64,000 bases of DNA, taken from the NCBI GenBank assembly GCA_964016885.1, contig OZ024764.1, positions 372,001 through 436,000 of the forward strand. Reading direction: 5' to 3'. Below, in pieces: positions 1 through 13,532 of the stretch. How positions within the stretch are numbered: position 1 is the first letter of the stretch; every line of letters starts with the position of its first letter. The notes below the pieces were generated by a model. That model was not told the DNA's origin. It was given only the letters and a program-made list of their open reading frames with translations, and did not search any database. A program made the translations under genes and the position numbers. The stretch comes from Eledone cirrhosa. Taxonomy: Eukaryota.

Positions 1-1860
1 GACTGGGTACTTTTGGTTATGACACCTACATGACCATTTTAGAGTGTGGACTGGGTACTTTTTGTTGTGACACCTACATGACCACTTTACAGTGTGGACT
101 GGGTACTTTTTGTTGTGACACCTACATGACCACATTACAGTGTGGACTGGGTACTTTTTGTTGTGACACCTACATGACCACATTACAGTGTGGACTGGGT
201 ACTTTTTGTTGTGACACCGACATGACCACTTTACAGTGTGGACTGGGTACTTTTTGTTGTGACACCTACATGACCACATTACAGTGTGGACTGGGTACTT
301 TTTGTTGTGACACCGACATGACCACTTTACAGTGTGGACTGGGTACTTTTTGTTGTGACACCTACATGACCACTTTACAGGGTGGACTGGGTACTTTTTG
401 TTGTGACACCTACATGATCACTTTACAGTGTGGACTGGGTACTATTTGTTGTGACACCTACATGACCACTTTACAGCGTAGACTGGGTACTATTTGTTGT
501 GACACCTACATGACCACTTTACAGGGTGGACTGGGTACTTTATGTTGTGACACCTACATGACCACTTTACAGTGTGGACTGGGTACTTTTGGTTATGACA
601 CCTACATGACCATTTTAGAGTGTGGACTGGGTACTTTTTGTTGTGACACCTACATGACCACTTTACAGTGTGGACTGGGTACTTTTTGTTGTGACACCTA
701 CATGACCACATTACAGTGTGGACTGGGTACTTTTTGTTGTGACACCTACATGACCACATTACAGTGTGGACTGGGTACTTTTTGTTGTGACACCGACATG
801 ACCACTTTACAGTGTGGACTGGGTACTTTTTGTTGTGACACCTACATGACCACATTACAGTGTGGACTGGGTACTTTTTGTTGTGACACCTACATGACCA
901 CATTACAGTGTGGACTGGGTACTTTTTGTTGTGACACCTACATGACCACATTACAGTGTGGACTGGGTACTTTTTGTTGTGACACCGACATGACCACTTT
1001 ACAGTGTGTACTGGGTGTTGTTTGTTGTGACACCTACACGACCACTTTACAGTGTGTACTGGGTACTTTTTGTTGTGACACCTACATGACCACATTACAG
1101 TGTGGACTGGGTACTTTTTGTTGTGACACCTACGTGACCACTTTACAGTGTGTACTGGGTGTTGTTTGTTGTGACACCTACACGACCACTTTACAGTGTG
1201 TACTGGGTGTTGTTTGTTGTGACACCTACATGACCACTTTACAGTGTGGACTGGGTACTTTTTGTTGTGACACCTACATGACCACTTTACAGTGTGGACT
1301 GGGTACTTTTTGTTGTGACACCTACATGACCACTTTACAGTGTGTACTGGGTACTTTTTGTTGTGACACCTACATGACCACTTTACAGTGTGTACTGGGT
1401 GCTATTTGTTATGACACCTACATGACCACTTTACAGTGTGGACTGGGTACTTTTTGTTGTGACACCTACATGACCACTTTACAGTGTGGACTGGGTACTT
1501 TTTGTTGTGACACCTACATGACCACTTTACAGTGTGGACTGGGTACTTTTTGTTGTGACACCTACATGACCACTTTACAGTGTGTACTGGGTGCTATTTG
1601 TTGTGACACCTACATGACCACTTTACAGTGTGTACTGGGTACTTTTTGTTGACACCTACATGACTACTTTACAGTGTGGACTGGGTACTTTTTGTTGTGA
1701 CACCTACATGATCACTTTACAGTGTGTACTGGGTACTTTTTATTGTGACACCTACATGACCACTTTACAGTGTGGACTGGGTACTTTTTATTGTGACACC
1801 TACATGACCACTTTACAGTGTGGACTGGGTACTTTTTGTCATACCAACATAACTTTACAG
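1..1860. repeat. 48-bp minisatellite (~38 units, runs off the left edge), derived from a SINE-internal segment; lies in ULK intron 1
   Basis: Unit GACTGGGTACTTTTTGTTGTGACACCTACATGACCACTTTACAGTGTG, giving a 16-aa periodicity in ORF 30..1652. The unit and its end flank (TACCAACATAACTT) resemble the SINE-like copy at 18640-18790. Confidence 0.95.
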
Positions 1861-1884
1861 AGTAAGAGAAAGTAGGAGGTGGGT

Positions 1885-2235
1885 ATCATCATCATCATCA
1901 TCATCATCCCCATTTTACGTCCGCTTTTCCCTGCTTGCAAGGGTGGGACGGGAACTGATTCTGGCTTGATTTCTACAGCTGGATGCCCTTCCTAACACCA
2001 ACCTCATTTACAGTGAGTGCTGGGTGCTTCTTTGCCGTGGCACCTCCACGACCACTTTGCAGTGGAATGATAGGGACCCCAGTCCCTATCATCTCATTTC
2101 TACAGCTGAGTAAACTGGAGCAACGTGAAATAAAGTGCCTTGCTCAAGGAAACAACACATCACCCGGTCTGAGAATTGAACTCACAACCTTTCGATTGAA
2201 AGCTCAATGCTCTAACCTCTAAGCCATGTGCCTCC
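1885..2235 (-). mobile_element. tRNA-derived SINE with CORE-like domain and RTE-LINE-type 3' tail (GAT)n; one internal 49-bp unit
   Basis: On the minus strand: A-box TGGCTTAGAGG, B-box GAGTTCAATTC, TCCTTGAGCAAGGCACTTTA core-like motif, and 3' end CCCGTCCCACCCTTGCAAGCAGGGAAAAGCGGACGTAAAATG...(GAT)n. Near-identical copies at 14134, 54830 and 56631. Confidence 0.9.
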
Positions 2236-2271
2236 ATATATATACATATATATACAAATCTATATACATAC

Positions 2272-2361
2272 CTTCTTTGTTCTCCCTTTAAACACCACAG
2301 CAAAGGCCCCATGGCCTATCAAATCTTTCTTGCTGTATTCATATTCTCCAACTGACTCCAT
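2272..2361 (-). CDS. ULK2: First coding exon of a ULK1/ULK2 (Atg1/unc-51-like) Ser/Thr kinase
   Basis: Encodes MESVGEYEYSKKDLIGHGAFAVVFKGRTKK (30 codons) with the ULK-specific Gly-loop IGHGAFAVVFKG, followed by a phase-0 donor AAG|GTATGT. It closely resembles the vertebrate ULK2 N-terminus as I recall it. The invertebrate gene is probably co-orthologous to ULK1 and ULK2. Confidence 0.93.
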
Positions 2362-2384
2362 TTTCTTCCACGGTCGGTGTAGGC

Positions 2385-3235
2385 GACGGCGGGGTGGTGG
2401 AGAGGGTTGTAGAGCTGGTAGTGGTGGGGGACGAGTTGGTGTTGGCTTGCTCACGACTCTTCTTCTTGTTGTTGTTGCTGCTGCTGCTGGTGGTGGTGGT
2501 GGTCGTGGCGGAGGCAGGGGGTTGCTTTGGCCACTCGTTGTTGGTGTTGGCGCTGGTACTGTTAGACGTGGAGGAGGAGGAGGAGGTGGTTTGTTTAGAG
2601 CCTTCACTGTTGCTGGTGGTGGCGGCGATGGTGGTGGTGGTGGTGGTGGTGGTGGTTTGATGAGAGCATTCACTGTTACTGTTGTTGTTGGTGGTGGTAG
2701 TGTAGGTAGTAGTGGTGGTGGTGGTAGTAGTGGTGTTTGTAGTAGCAGTGGTGGTTGTTGGTAGTAGTGGTGGTGGTAGTAGTGGTGTTTGTAATGGTAG
2801 TGGTAGTAGTGTAGGTAGTAGTGGTGGTGGTGGTGGTGGTGGTAGTAGTGTTTGTAGTAGCAGTGGTGGTTGTTGGTAGTAGTGGTGGTGGTAGTAGTGG
2901 TGTTTGTAATGGTAGTGGTAGTAGTGTAGGTAGTAGTGGTGGTGGTGGTGGTGGTAGTAGTGTTTGCAGTAGCAGTGGTGGTTGTTGGTAGTAGTGTAGG
3001 TGGTAGTGGTGGTAGTGTTGTCAGTGGTGGTGGTAGTAGTGGTAGTGTAGGTAGTAGTAGTGGTAGTAGTGTAGGTAGTAGTGTTGTCAGTGGTGTTGGT
3101 AGTAGTGGTGGTAGTAGTAGTGGTAGTGTAGGTAGTAGTGGTGGTGGTAGTGTTTGTGTTTGTAGTAGCAGTGGTGGTAGTGTAGGTAGTAGTAGTGGTA
3201 GTAGTGTTGTCAGTGGTGTAGGTAGTAGTAGTGGT
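2385..3235. repeat. Imperfect (GGT/AGT/GTT)n trinucleotide tract directly upstream of the ULK ATG (probable 5' UTR)
   Basis: Mixed GGT/GTA/GTT triplets. No in-frame upstream ATG, since ORF 2260..2673 starts at a non-ATG codon. Confidence 0.8.
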
Positions 3236-3325
3236 TTTCTCGCAGCACTCAGTTGCTAGTCTTGTATATATATATATAATGTATGTATGTATGTATATAA
3301 CATATATATGTATGTGTGTATGTAT

Positions 3326-3356
<31 letters not shown>

Positions 3357-3589
3357 ATATATTATATATCTATATACGATAATATATAGATATGTGTGTA
3401 TGATTATATATATATATATATATGTGTGTATGTATATATATGTGTGTATATATTAAATAGCTGTTAATTTATTCACAGTGCTTGTTCTGCTTTTCGTCTT
3501 GTCAGTATTTTTATAATATATACTGGAACTGCAAGAGCTCAGCCGGCGGGCAGACTTTTTTTAATATATATATATATATATATATATGC

Positions 3590-3624
<35 letters not shown>

Positions 3625-3654
3625 AATATATGTATATAAATATATATATATTAA

Positions 3655-3700
<46 letters not shown>

Positions 3701-3745
3701 TATGTATATATATATGTTAATGTGTCTGTGTATATATATATATAG

Positions 3746-3788
<43 letters not shown>

Positions 3789-3792
3789 AATA

Positions 3793-3826
<34 letters not shown>

Positions 3827-3892
3827 GGGGTGTATATTTTAAATAACCTAATTTAATAATTTAATTATAGGAAATAAATAGATATGAAGGTG

Positions 3893-3923
<31 letters not shown>

Positions 3924-4050
3924 ATATATATATATATTATATATATATATTATATATATATATTATATATATATATTATAGATAATGTGTGTATTTTGGG
4001 GTATATAAATATATAAATAAATAAGCTATATATATATATATATATGTGTG

Positions 4051-4081
<31 letters not shown>

Positions 4082-4153
4082 CTAGGGAATGGAGTCTTAA
4101 GTAGTTTAAAATACCCAATTTCCAGGTGATGAGTGTATATAGAGGATATATGA

Positions 4154-4231
<78 letters not shown>

Positions 4232-4315
4232 AGAGTGAAGCAGTTTAATGTGACCCCTAGTTCAAACTAGAAGTAGGTCAGGTGAAAAAAAAACAAAGGG
4301 GCTGGTGGCTAGAAT

Positions 4316-5460
4316 TGGTGGTGGTGTTGTTGGTGGTGGAGGTGGTGGTGGTGGTGTTGGTATTATTGATTGTGGTGGTGTTGTTGGTGGTGGTGTTGCT
4401 GGTGGTGGCAGTGTTGGTGGTGTTGATGATGGTACTGTTGGTGGTGTTGGTGTTGGTGGTGGTGGTGTTGCTGGTGGTGGCAGTGTTGGTGGTGTTGATG
4501 GTGTTGTTGTTATTGTTAATGGTGTTGGTGGTGTTATTGTTGTTGGTGGCGGTGTTGTTGGAGGTGATGGTGGTGTTGATAGTGTTGGTGTTGGTGGTGT
4601 TGTTGGAGGTGTTGTTGTTGTTGGTGTTGGTGGTGGAGGTGTTGTTGGTGGTGTTGTTGATGTTGGTGGTGTTGTTAGTGGCAGTGTTGTTGGTGGTGGT
4701 GGTATTGTTGATGATGATGGTAGTGTTGTTAGTGGCAGTGTTGTTGTTGGTGGTGGTGGTGGTGGTGTTGATGGTAGTGTTGGAGGTATTGTTGGTGGGG
4801 GTGGAGGTATTGTTGGTGTTGATGGTGGAGGCAGTGTTGGGGTTGGAGGTGTTGGTGGTGTTGTTGTTGGTGTTGTTGGTGGTGGTGTTGGTAGTGTTGG
4901 TGGTGTTGTTGGTGGTGGAGGCAGTGTTGGTAGTGTTGGTGTTGTTGTTGGTGGTGGTGTTGGTAGTGTTGGTGGTGTTGATGGTAGTGTTTGTAGTGTT
5001 GGTGGTGTTGTTGGTGGTGGTGTTGGTAGTGTTGGTGGTGTTGTTGGTGTTAGTGGCAGTGTTGGTGTTGTTGGTGGTGTTGTTGGTGTTAGTGGCAGTG
5101 TTGGTGTTGGTGGTGGTGGTGTTGTTGGTGTTGTTAGTGTTGTTGTTGTTATAGTTGTATATTTTAATCTTCCTTCTCTTTCTGTGGTCTGAGATTTCCC
5201 CTAATTCCTCATCCAACCACATTGAGTTACAGTATTACTGGTAGTAGTAGTAGTAGTAGTGGTGGTAGTAGTAGCAGTAGTAGCAGTAGCAGTAGCAGTA
5301 GTGGGGCTGTTAGGATTGTCTATAGTAATTCATTATATATGAATCATCATCATGACCACATCTATTAAATGTTACTATAATGGCACTATTATTAGTGGTA
5401 GTAGTAGTAGTAGTGGTAGTAGTAGTAGTAGTAGCTGTAGTGGTGGTGGTGGTGGTAGTG
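4316..5460. repeat. Imperfect (GGT/GTT)n and (AGT)n trinucleotide low-complexity tract
   Basis: Direct reading. It produces poly-V/L, poly-G/V and poly-T/N ORFs in several frames. Confidence 0.9.
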
Positions 5461-5524
5461 TTAGGATTGTCTATAGTACATCACTATGCGAATCATCATC
5501 ATCAATAATGTCACTGGTATAGAA

Positions 5525-5531
5525 TTTGTAT

Positions 5532-5579
<48 letters not shown>

Positions 5580-5802
5580 TTGTACGTATATCTATATATA
5601 TGTGTGTGTGTATGTATATCTAAATATATTATGTACGTATATATATATATATATAAATATATATATGTGTATGTATATCTAAATATATATATATATATGT
5701 GTGTATGTATATATAAATATATATGTGTGGGTATGTATATCTAAATATATATATGTACGGATATATATCTAAATATATGTGTGTGTACGTATATATATAT
5801 AA

Positions 5803-5833
<31 letters not shown>

Positions 5834-5976
5834 AATATATATGTGTATGTATATATATATATAAATATATGTGTGTGTGTACGTATATCTAAATATATGT
5901 GTACGTATATATATCTAAATGTATATGTGTGTGTACGTATATATATTAATTGAGCTTGTTTATTGAGCAATTCCTT

Positions 5977-6024
<48 letters not shown>

Positions 6025-6919
6025 ATATATATGAGAGTTATACTAGTGTTATGAGAATATATGTGTATATATATAATGTATATATATATATATATGTGTG
6101 TATATGTATATATATATAATAGGGTTATTAAGAGAGGTGGCTAGGTGGAATGGAGAGGTTAAAAGATGAGATCTGACTTAAGACTCCATTAAGGTGAGAG
6201 ATGGTGGTTGTTGTAGAGTGGTGTATATAGTGGGGTAGAGAGGGATCTGGGTATATATAGTGAGAGATGGGTATAGAGTGAGACAGCGAGATATATATAG
6301 TGAGAGATGGGTATATATAGTGAGAGAGAGAGAGATGTGTATATATATATATAGTGAGAGATGTGTATATATATAGTGAGACAGCGATATATATATATAT
6401 ATACAGAGAGAGAGAGAGAGAGATGGGTATATATAGTGAGAGATACGGATATATATAGAGAAATAAATACAGATATATATATATATATATATATCGTGAG
6501 AGAGATATTTAAAATATATACACAGAGAACGACATAGGTGTATATATAGTTATATATATATATATATATATAGTGAGAGATGTATATATATTTAAAATAT
6601 ATATACAGAGAAAGACAGTGTATATAGATGTATATATAGTGAGAGATAGAGAGATATATATTTAAAATATATATACAGAGAAAGACATAGGTGTGTATAT
6701 AGATGTATATATATATATATAGTGAGAGAGAGATGGGTATATATAGTGAGAGATAGAGAGAAAGATATATAGGTGTATATGTGTTTATATATATCTATTT
6801 ATATATATATATATATATGGGAGATGTTACAGATGTATAATGTATATATATATATATATATATATAGTAGTAGCACTAATACTGATATATGTATATATTA
6901 AATATATACATATACGTAA

Positions 6920-6970
<51 letters not shown>

Positions 6971-7051
6971 ATATATGTGTATATATATATGTGTGTATAT
7001 ATGTGGTGTATATATATATATATATATGTGCGTGTGTATGTGTATATATGT

Positions 7052-7093
<42 letters not shown>

Positions 7094-7817
7094 GTCTTTC
7101 TTCTTCAGCTGTTGATGTAGTTATTTTTGACAATTACTACGATTAACCCAAAATATACACCAAATATATATATATATATAGTATATATTATATATATACT
7201 ATATGTGTGTATATTTATTTATATATATAAAGATATATATATATAAAGATATATATATATATAAAGATATATATATATATAAAGATATATAGTAACCAGT
7301 GAAGAATTTGTAGATAAAGATGGTGAGAATGAATGGAGAGAAGGTTGGGGATAGAGCTTACTGTATATATATACTGTATATAGTGAAGGTGTGTATATAT
7401 ATGTGCGTGTTTGTGTGTATAGATGTGTATATATATATATATAAATGTGTATGTGTGTTTATCAATGTGTATCTGTGTGGTATATATATAGTGAAGGTGC
7501 GTATATGTTTGTGTGTATAGATGTGTTTGTGTGTATAGATGTTTGTTTGTGTGTATAGATGTGTGTGTTTGTGTGTATAGATGTGTGTGTGTATAGATGT
7601 GTGTGTGTATAGATGTGTTTGTGTGTATAGATGTGTGTGTTTGTGTGTATAGATGTGTGTGTGTGTATAGATGTTTGTGTGTGGTATATATATATAGTAA
7701 AGGTGTATATATATATATTTGTGTAGATGTGTGTGGTATATATATATAAAGTAAAGGTATGTATATATATGTGAATAGATGTAGATGTGTATAATCGATG
7801 TGTATGTATGTGTGTGG

Positions 7818-7854
<37 letters not shown>

Positions 7855-7870
7855 TTGTGTGTATATGTGT

Positions 7871-7907
<37 letters not shown>

Positions 7908-8720
7908 AAGGTGTATATATATATATGTGTGTTTGTGTATATTTGTGTGGTATATATATATATATAAAGTAAACGTATGTATATGTGTGTGTGTGGTATA
8001 TATATATAGTAAAGGTGTGTATATATATATATGTATGTGTTTGTGGTATATATGTATGTGTATATATAAATATGCAAATGTATATATGTATGTATATATA
8101 AATTTGTATATATTGGTGTGTGTATATATATATATATATATTTAAAGTGTGTATAGAGTGATGTGACTACAAGCAGTGTATAGTTTCTTGCAGTCTATAT
8201 ATATATATCCTCTCTGCATGTATGTAGATTATCCGACGAAAGAATCAAGAGATGATGTAGAATATATATATCCAAGGTTCCACAGAGTGTATATATATAT
8301 ATATATATATATGTTTATATATCCAATTGATGGCACTGTATCTATGTATATATCCAACTGGTGTGTATATAAATATATGATTATATATATCTTACTAGTG
8401 TATATATGTATATATATTTATGAATAGTGTGATTATGTATATTTATGTATAAGTGGTGTGACTATAAGCAGACTACCATTGCTTCTTTGCATATACATAC
8501 ATATATATATACATATATATATATGTATATATATATATATGTGTATATATATGTGTGTATAATGTGTATATAAAATGTCTTTTTAGGTTTGTTTGGTTTA
8601 AATACCTTCTTTTCGTGTCAAACCATTGCTAGGTTATATTATCATACATATTATATAAACATGTATGTATATTCATGTATATATATTTGTGTGTGTATAT
8701 ATATTATATATACATCAACA
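5525..8720. repeat. Compound (TA)n/(TG)n/(GA)n microsatellite field
   Basis: Direct reading. The YI/CV-rich ORFs are by-products. Confidence 0.9.
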
Positions 8721-8764
8721 TGGTGAAGGTTGGGCGGAGTGATATCTAACGCCTTTTTACTCTC

Positions 8765-9370
8765 TATAGTCTTACTCTTTCTACCTTACTCTTTCACTAT
8801 TACTCTGTCTCTCCCATCTCCTCCCTCTCCCTCTCTCTTTCTCTTAGTACCACTTTTACACTGACACTTTCCCTCCCTTTCTGAGTCTTACTCTGTCTCT
8901 CTCTGTTTTTCTCTATGTCTCTCTGTCTGTCTCTCTCTCTCTCTGCCTCTCTCTCTCTTTCTCTTAGTAACACTTTTACCCTGACACTTTCCCTCCCTTG
9001 CTGAGTCTTACTCTCTCTCTCTGTTTTTTCTCTATGTCTCTCTCTGTCTCTCTCTCTCTTTCTCTTAGTACCACTTTTACACTGACACTTTCCCTCCCTT
9101 TTTGAGTCTTAGTCTGTCTCTCTCTCTGTCTCTCTCTGTTTCTCTCTCTCTCTCTGCCTCTCTCTTTCTCTTAGTATCACTTTTACACTCACACTTTCCC
9201 TCCCTTTTTGAGTCTTACTCTGTCTCTCTCTCTCTGTCCCTCTCTCTGTCTCTCTCTGTTTCTCTCTCTCTCTCTCTGCCTCTCTCTTTCTCTTAGTATC
9301 ACTTTTACACTAACACTTTCCCTCCCTTTTTGAGTCTTCCTCTGTCTCTCTCTCTCTCTCTCTCTCACTC
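8765..9370. repeat. CT-rich degenerate tandem repeat, ~5 units of ~100-125 bp
   Basis: Recurring TCTCTTAGTA(C/A/T)CACTTTTACACTGACACTTTCCCTCCCTT-TGAGTCTTAC separated by (CT)n. Confidence 0.85.
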
Positions 9371-9435
9371 CATCACTCCCCTTCCTCTCTGTCAATGTTT
9401 ACTTATGTTAATGTATATCTGTATGTTTGTCAGTT

Positions 9436-9509
<74 letters not shown>

Positions 9510-9674
9510 GATATAATAAGGGTGGACGGTCACAGCATATTTATCAGTGCCAGTACCGGGTGTATCTCAGCGCAGGGAAATGTTCGACCCCGACGGCAGA
9601 GCTCAAGCCGTTTCGACGGTATTGAGTACTCTAGTGCGTTATGGTCCATCTGGTTCCTTACCACACCGCCTTCG

Positions 9675-9715
<41 letters not shown>

Positions 9716-9899
9716 TCTATCTTGGGTTCAATACACTGCACAACTCCCGTCAATCTATGAAGGGTTTGTAGTAGATTAGAGAAAAACACAATTACTAAAA
9801 CAGTAATGGAATGAAAAATAAAAACATTTTTTTATAATTAAAGCCTTAAGATGTCCCGTCCTTACAATATACACTTTAATTACATTGAAACTTAATTAG

Positions 9900-10078
9900 T
9901 ATGTTTAAATTTTAAACACTTTTTATTCAGACGTACCGCGATAAGAAAATAGATATGTTCTAACGAAATATCCGCGATGTAGCGAGGATTACCGCGATAG
10001 GAAATTAGATACGTTCCAAAAATCCGCGATGTAGCGAGACCGACCGCGAAAAGTGAACCGTGATATAGCGGGGGATTA

Positions 10079-10081
<3 letters not shown>
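9900..10081 (-). mobile_element. Terminal fragment of a pogo/Tigger-like (Tc1/mariner superfamily) MITE
   Basis: Minus strand reads TA|CAGTAATCCCCCGCTATATCACGGTTCAC, with subterminal repeats CTCGCTACATCGCGGAT. Confidence 0.55.
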
Positions 10082-10114
<33 letters not shown>

Positions 10115-10117
<3 letters not shown>

Positions 10118-10325
10118 ACGGAGGAAATGTGGTAAGGAACCAGGTGGACCATAACGCACCAAAGTACTCAATACTTAGGGTAGTAGAGTGGGTAATAGGA
10201 ACGAGTAGGACCCCGACGGCAGAGCTCAAGCCGTTTCGATGGCTAATTCTGGACCCTTGTATCAGTCCAGAATTAGCCGTCGAAACGGCTTGAGCTCAGC
10301 AGTCGGGGTCCTACTCGTTCCTATA
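10115..10325. mobile_element. (TA)n-flanked fold-back element, family D (Penelope pLTR-like, hammerhead 3' half on both strands)
   Basis: Inverted arms ~10196-10254 and ~10265-10324 contain GAAA-CGGC..GCCG-TC. Related copies at 9565-9677, 47595-47795, 48830-48940, 50685-50900, 63420-63545 and a fragment at 19222. Confidence 0.75.
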
Positions 10326-10384
10326 TATATATATATATGTTAGAAAAAACGTTTTGTTTACATGTAAAAGATATGTGTATTGAC

Positions 10385-10472
10385 CTGTTACGCGCGTTTC
10401 ACAGAAGATTGGCTCAAGGTGACTCATAGGAGTTACTGACCTGACTCCAGTATTGATTTGCTCTTCAGACTG
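10385..10472 (-). ncRNA. Type I hammerhead ribozyme motif with long inserted stem II (family C)
   Basis: CAGT-CTGAAGA-[~60 nt]-GAAA-CGCGCG-TA-ACAG; stem I has one mismatch. Confidence 0.65.
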
Positions 10473-10536
10473 ACGATGTGACAAACAAATATAATTTCAG
10501 TAATTCCCTGAACCACCTACACCAAAATACATTTAA

Positions 10537-12203
10537 CCCTTTAGCATTCACATTACTTTATATATACTATTGTATTTTCATGGTAAAGGCTTTACCTTGC
10601 ATAATATCTCACATAGCATTCACATTACTTTATATATACTATTGTATTTTCATGGTAAAGGCTTTACCTTGCATAATATCTCACATAGCATTCACATTAC
10701 TTTATATATACTATTGTATTTTCATGGTAAAGGCTTTACCTTGCATAATATCTCACATAGCATTCACATTACTTTATATATACTATTGTATTTTCATGGT
10801 AAAGGCTTTACCTTGCATAATATCTCACATAGCATTCACATTACTTTATATATACTATTGTATTTTCATGGTAAAGGCTTTACCTTGCATAATATCTCAC
10901 ATAGCATTCACATTACTTTATATATACTATTGTATTTTCATGGTAAAGGCTTTACCTTGCATAATATCTCACATAGCATTCACATTACTTTATATATACT
11001 ATTGTATTTTCATGGTAAAGGCTTTACCTTGCATAATATCTCACATAGCATTCACATTACTTTATATATACTATTGTATTTTCATGGTAAAGGCTTTACC
11101 TTGCATAATATCTCACATAGCATTCACATTACTTTATATATACTATTGTATTTTCATGGTAAAGGCTTTACCTTGCATAATATCTCACATAGCATTCACA
11201 TTACTTTATATATACTATTGTATTTTCATGGTAAAGGCTTTACCTTGCATAATATCTCACATAGCATTCACATTACTTTATATATACTATTGTATTTTCA
11301 TGGTAAAGGCTTTACCTTGCATAATTATCTCACATAGCATTCACATTACTTTATATATACTATTGTATTTTCATGGTAAAGGCTTTACCTTGCATAATTA
11401 TCTCGCATAGCATTCACATTACTTTATATATACTATTGTATTTTCATGGTAAAGGCTTTACCTTGCATAATTATCTCACATAGCATTCACATTACTTTAT
11501 ATATACTATTGTATTTTCATGGTAAAGGCTTTACCTCACATAATATCTCACATAACATTTACATTACTCTATATATACTATTGTATTTTCATGGTAAAGG
11601 CTTTACCTCACATAATATCTCACATAACATTTACATTACTCTATATATACTATTGTATTTTCATGGTAAAGGCTTTACCTTGCATAAATATCTCACATAG
11701 CATTCACATTACTTTATATATACTATTGTATTTTCATGGTAAAGGCTTTACCTTGCATAATTATCTCACATAGCATTCACATTACTTTATATATACTATT
11801 GTATTTTCATGGTAAAGGCTTTACCTTGCATAATTATCTCACATAGCATTCACATTACTTTATATATACTATTGTATTTTCATGGTAAAGGCTTTACCTT
11901 GCATAATTATCTCACATAGCATTCACATTACTTTATATATACTATTGTATTTTCACAGTAAAGGCTTTACCTCACATAATATCTCACATAACATTTACAA
12001 TACTCTATATATACTATTGTATTTTCATGGTAAAGGCTTTACCTTGCATAATTATCTCACATAATATCGAATCTATGAGATTTTGAAAGTATTTATTTTG
12101 AGAACAATACCTTAACATCAGTATGAGTGACCAATTACAGCTAGTTTCAACAGAAAAGGGTAGAGAATTCTGGCCGGTTTTGGCCGGTTTGAACATTAAA
12201 GGG
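10537..12203. mobile_element. piggyBac-type MITE with TTAA target duplication, expanded by an internal minisatellite
   Basis: TTAA|CCCTTTAGCATTCA at the left end and TGAACATTAAAGGG|TTAA at the right end. Confidence 0.85.
10541..12062. repeat. 72/73-bp minisatellite, ~21 units, inside the piggyBac-type MITE
   Basis: Unit TAGCATTCACATTACTTTATATATACTATTGTATTTTCATGGTAAAGGCTTTACCTTGCATAATATCTCACA. The first ~11 units are 72 bp and later units are mostly 73 bp. Confidence 0.95.
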
Positions 12204-12528
12204 TTAAACAAAAACAGACCCAATAAAGTTCAAAAAGCCTTTGGACAAATTCCTTCAAGAAATCCCGGATAAACCTCCGATAGAATTGTCAACAAAATGA
12301 ACATCAAATAGAGGTTGAAGTATTATTATTATTGATCAAACCATTCAAACCAATCAATATTGAGTAAATATAATTAGCAAAGTAAAATCCGGTATGGATT
12401 AATTGCTATCATCAGAAAAAACATTACACAGAGGATGGAGAAAGTCATATATATTAAGCATAAGCAACTCCATCTTAACACACATATATGTATGTATGTA
12501 TGTGTCTGTAGAAGCCTTTCTATATTAA

Positions 12529-12602
<74 letters not shown>

Positions 12603-12632
12603 AGATCAAAAGAGGGTTAAAAGAGTTCCATG

Positions 12633-12703
12633 TATTTTATTATGCGCATTTCAAAAACAAATATCATCATGCAATAACATTTGTGCTTTCATCAGATAAA
12701 ATA
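12633..12703 (-). ncRNA. Type I hammerhead ribozyme (family A) in a (TA)n-flanked element spanning ~12600-13055
   Basis: TATTTTAT-CTGATGA-[hairpin]-GAAA-TGCGCA-TA-ATAAAATA: 8-bp stem I and intact core. Confidence 0.85.
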
Positions 12704-13532
12704 GGAAGACATGATATGAAGGTTAAAAAACACTTGTGGATAGTGCAGTTTTAAATCAACATATGAAAAGTAATTTTAGATTGATGTGTGATATTGGGGA
12801 AAAAAATTGTTGAGGGGAGGGGGAGGTTGGAAAGGATGAAAAAGAGGACTCCTCATGAGAGTAAAAAGTGGAGGGGGAGGAGTATAATGAGGAAGGATGA
12901 GATAGGAGGAGAGATGGGTGATAGATAGAGAGAGAGAGATAGCTTTTATAACTGAGAAAAATATATTGTTTTACATAGAGAGGTTTTACATAGAGTGCTT
13001 CTTATCCGATATCTGCATTGCTTTATTGTACTACAATAAAACTCACCTCCTACATATATATATACATATATATACATATATATACATGAAAAAGTTAGTC
13101 CTTCATCAGTGATCTTCCAACCATCATTGGTATTTCATCGCTTTAAAGACCATATACCTCCGGTTGGTGCGAGCAACGGCTAAAAAAAGTCGTTGGGACA
13201 CGTAAATAAAGGGGACACGAGAGTGTAAACAAACAAAGATGGTGAAGCAACGAAAAGTGAGGAAGAAGGAGTCAAGTCCCAAATTTCCATGAATATAAGT
13301 TCGGTGAAATCGTGAACGAGAGAGAATAAAGACCATCAAACCTGGTTGAAATGTGAGCAAGGAAGGAATTCCGTACAGGTCTAACGGGAGGAAGAAGGGG
13401 TCTAGTCTGTGAATTTGGTGAACATAAGTTCTGTGAAATCGTAGACGAGAGAGAGAAAAAAGGCGAACCTGCCTGACCAAGATTGCGTTTATTCTCATAT
13501 TTACATATATATATATATATATATTTATTTAT

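Noticed and set aside
30-1652. 540-aa Cys-rich repeat protein (metallothionein/keratin-associated-like)
   Set aside because: By-product of a 48-bp (multiple of 3) SINE-derived minisatellite antisense within ULK intron 1; no non-repeat domain.
2160-2235. tRNA gene (also at 15830-15903, 54830-54890, 56880-56950)
   Set aside because: A/B boxes belong to SINE heads that continue into core and LINE-tail sequence; no complete cloverleaf seen.
4278-5222. Thr/Asn-rich mucin-like or Gly/Val-rich ORFs
   Set aside because: Open in several frames on both strands because of triplet repeats; no recognisable domain or convincing splice sites. A coding exon cannot be fully excluded.
4088-6192. 15-bp inverted match AATGGAGTCTTAAGT at ~4088 and ~6176 as transposon ends
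   Set aside because: Too short, with no TSD or other element hallmarks.
10478-12064. Repetitive membrane-protein-like ORFs
   Set aside because: Translation of the 72-bp array inside a MITE; the frame breaks where units become 73 bp.
13095-13500. 124-aa ORF or additional hammerhead
   Set aside because: No recognisable protein motif. CTGATGA at ~13103-13109 (-) lacks a downstream GAAA and stem III. Possibly a decayed PLE 3' fragment, but unsupported.
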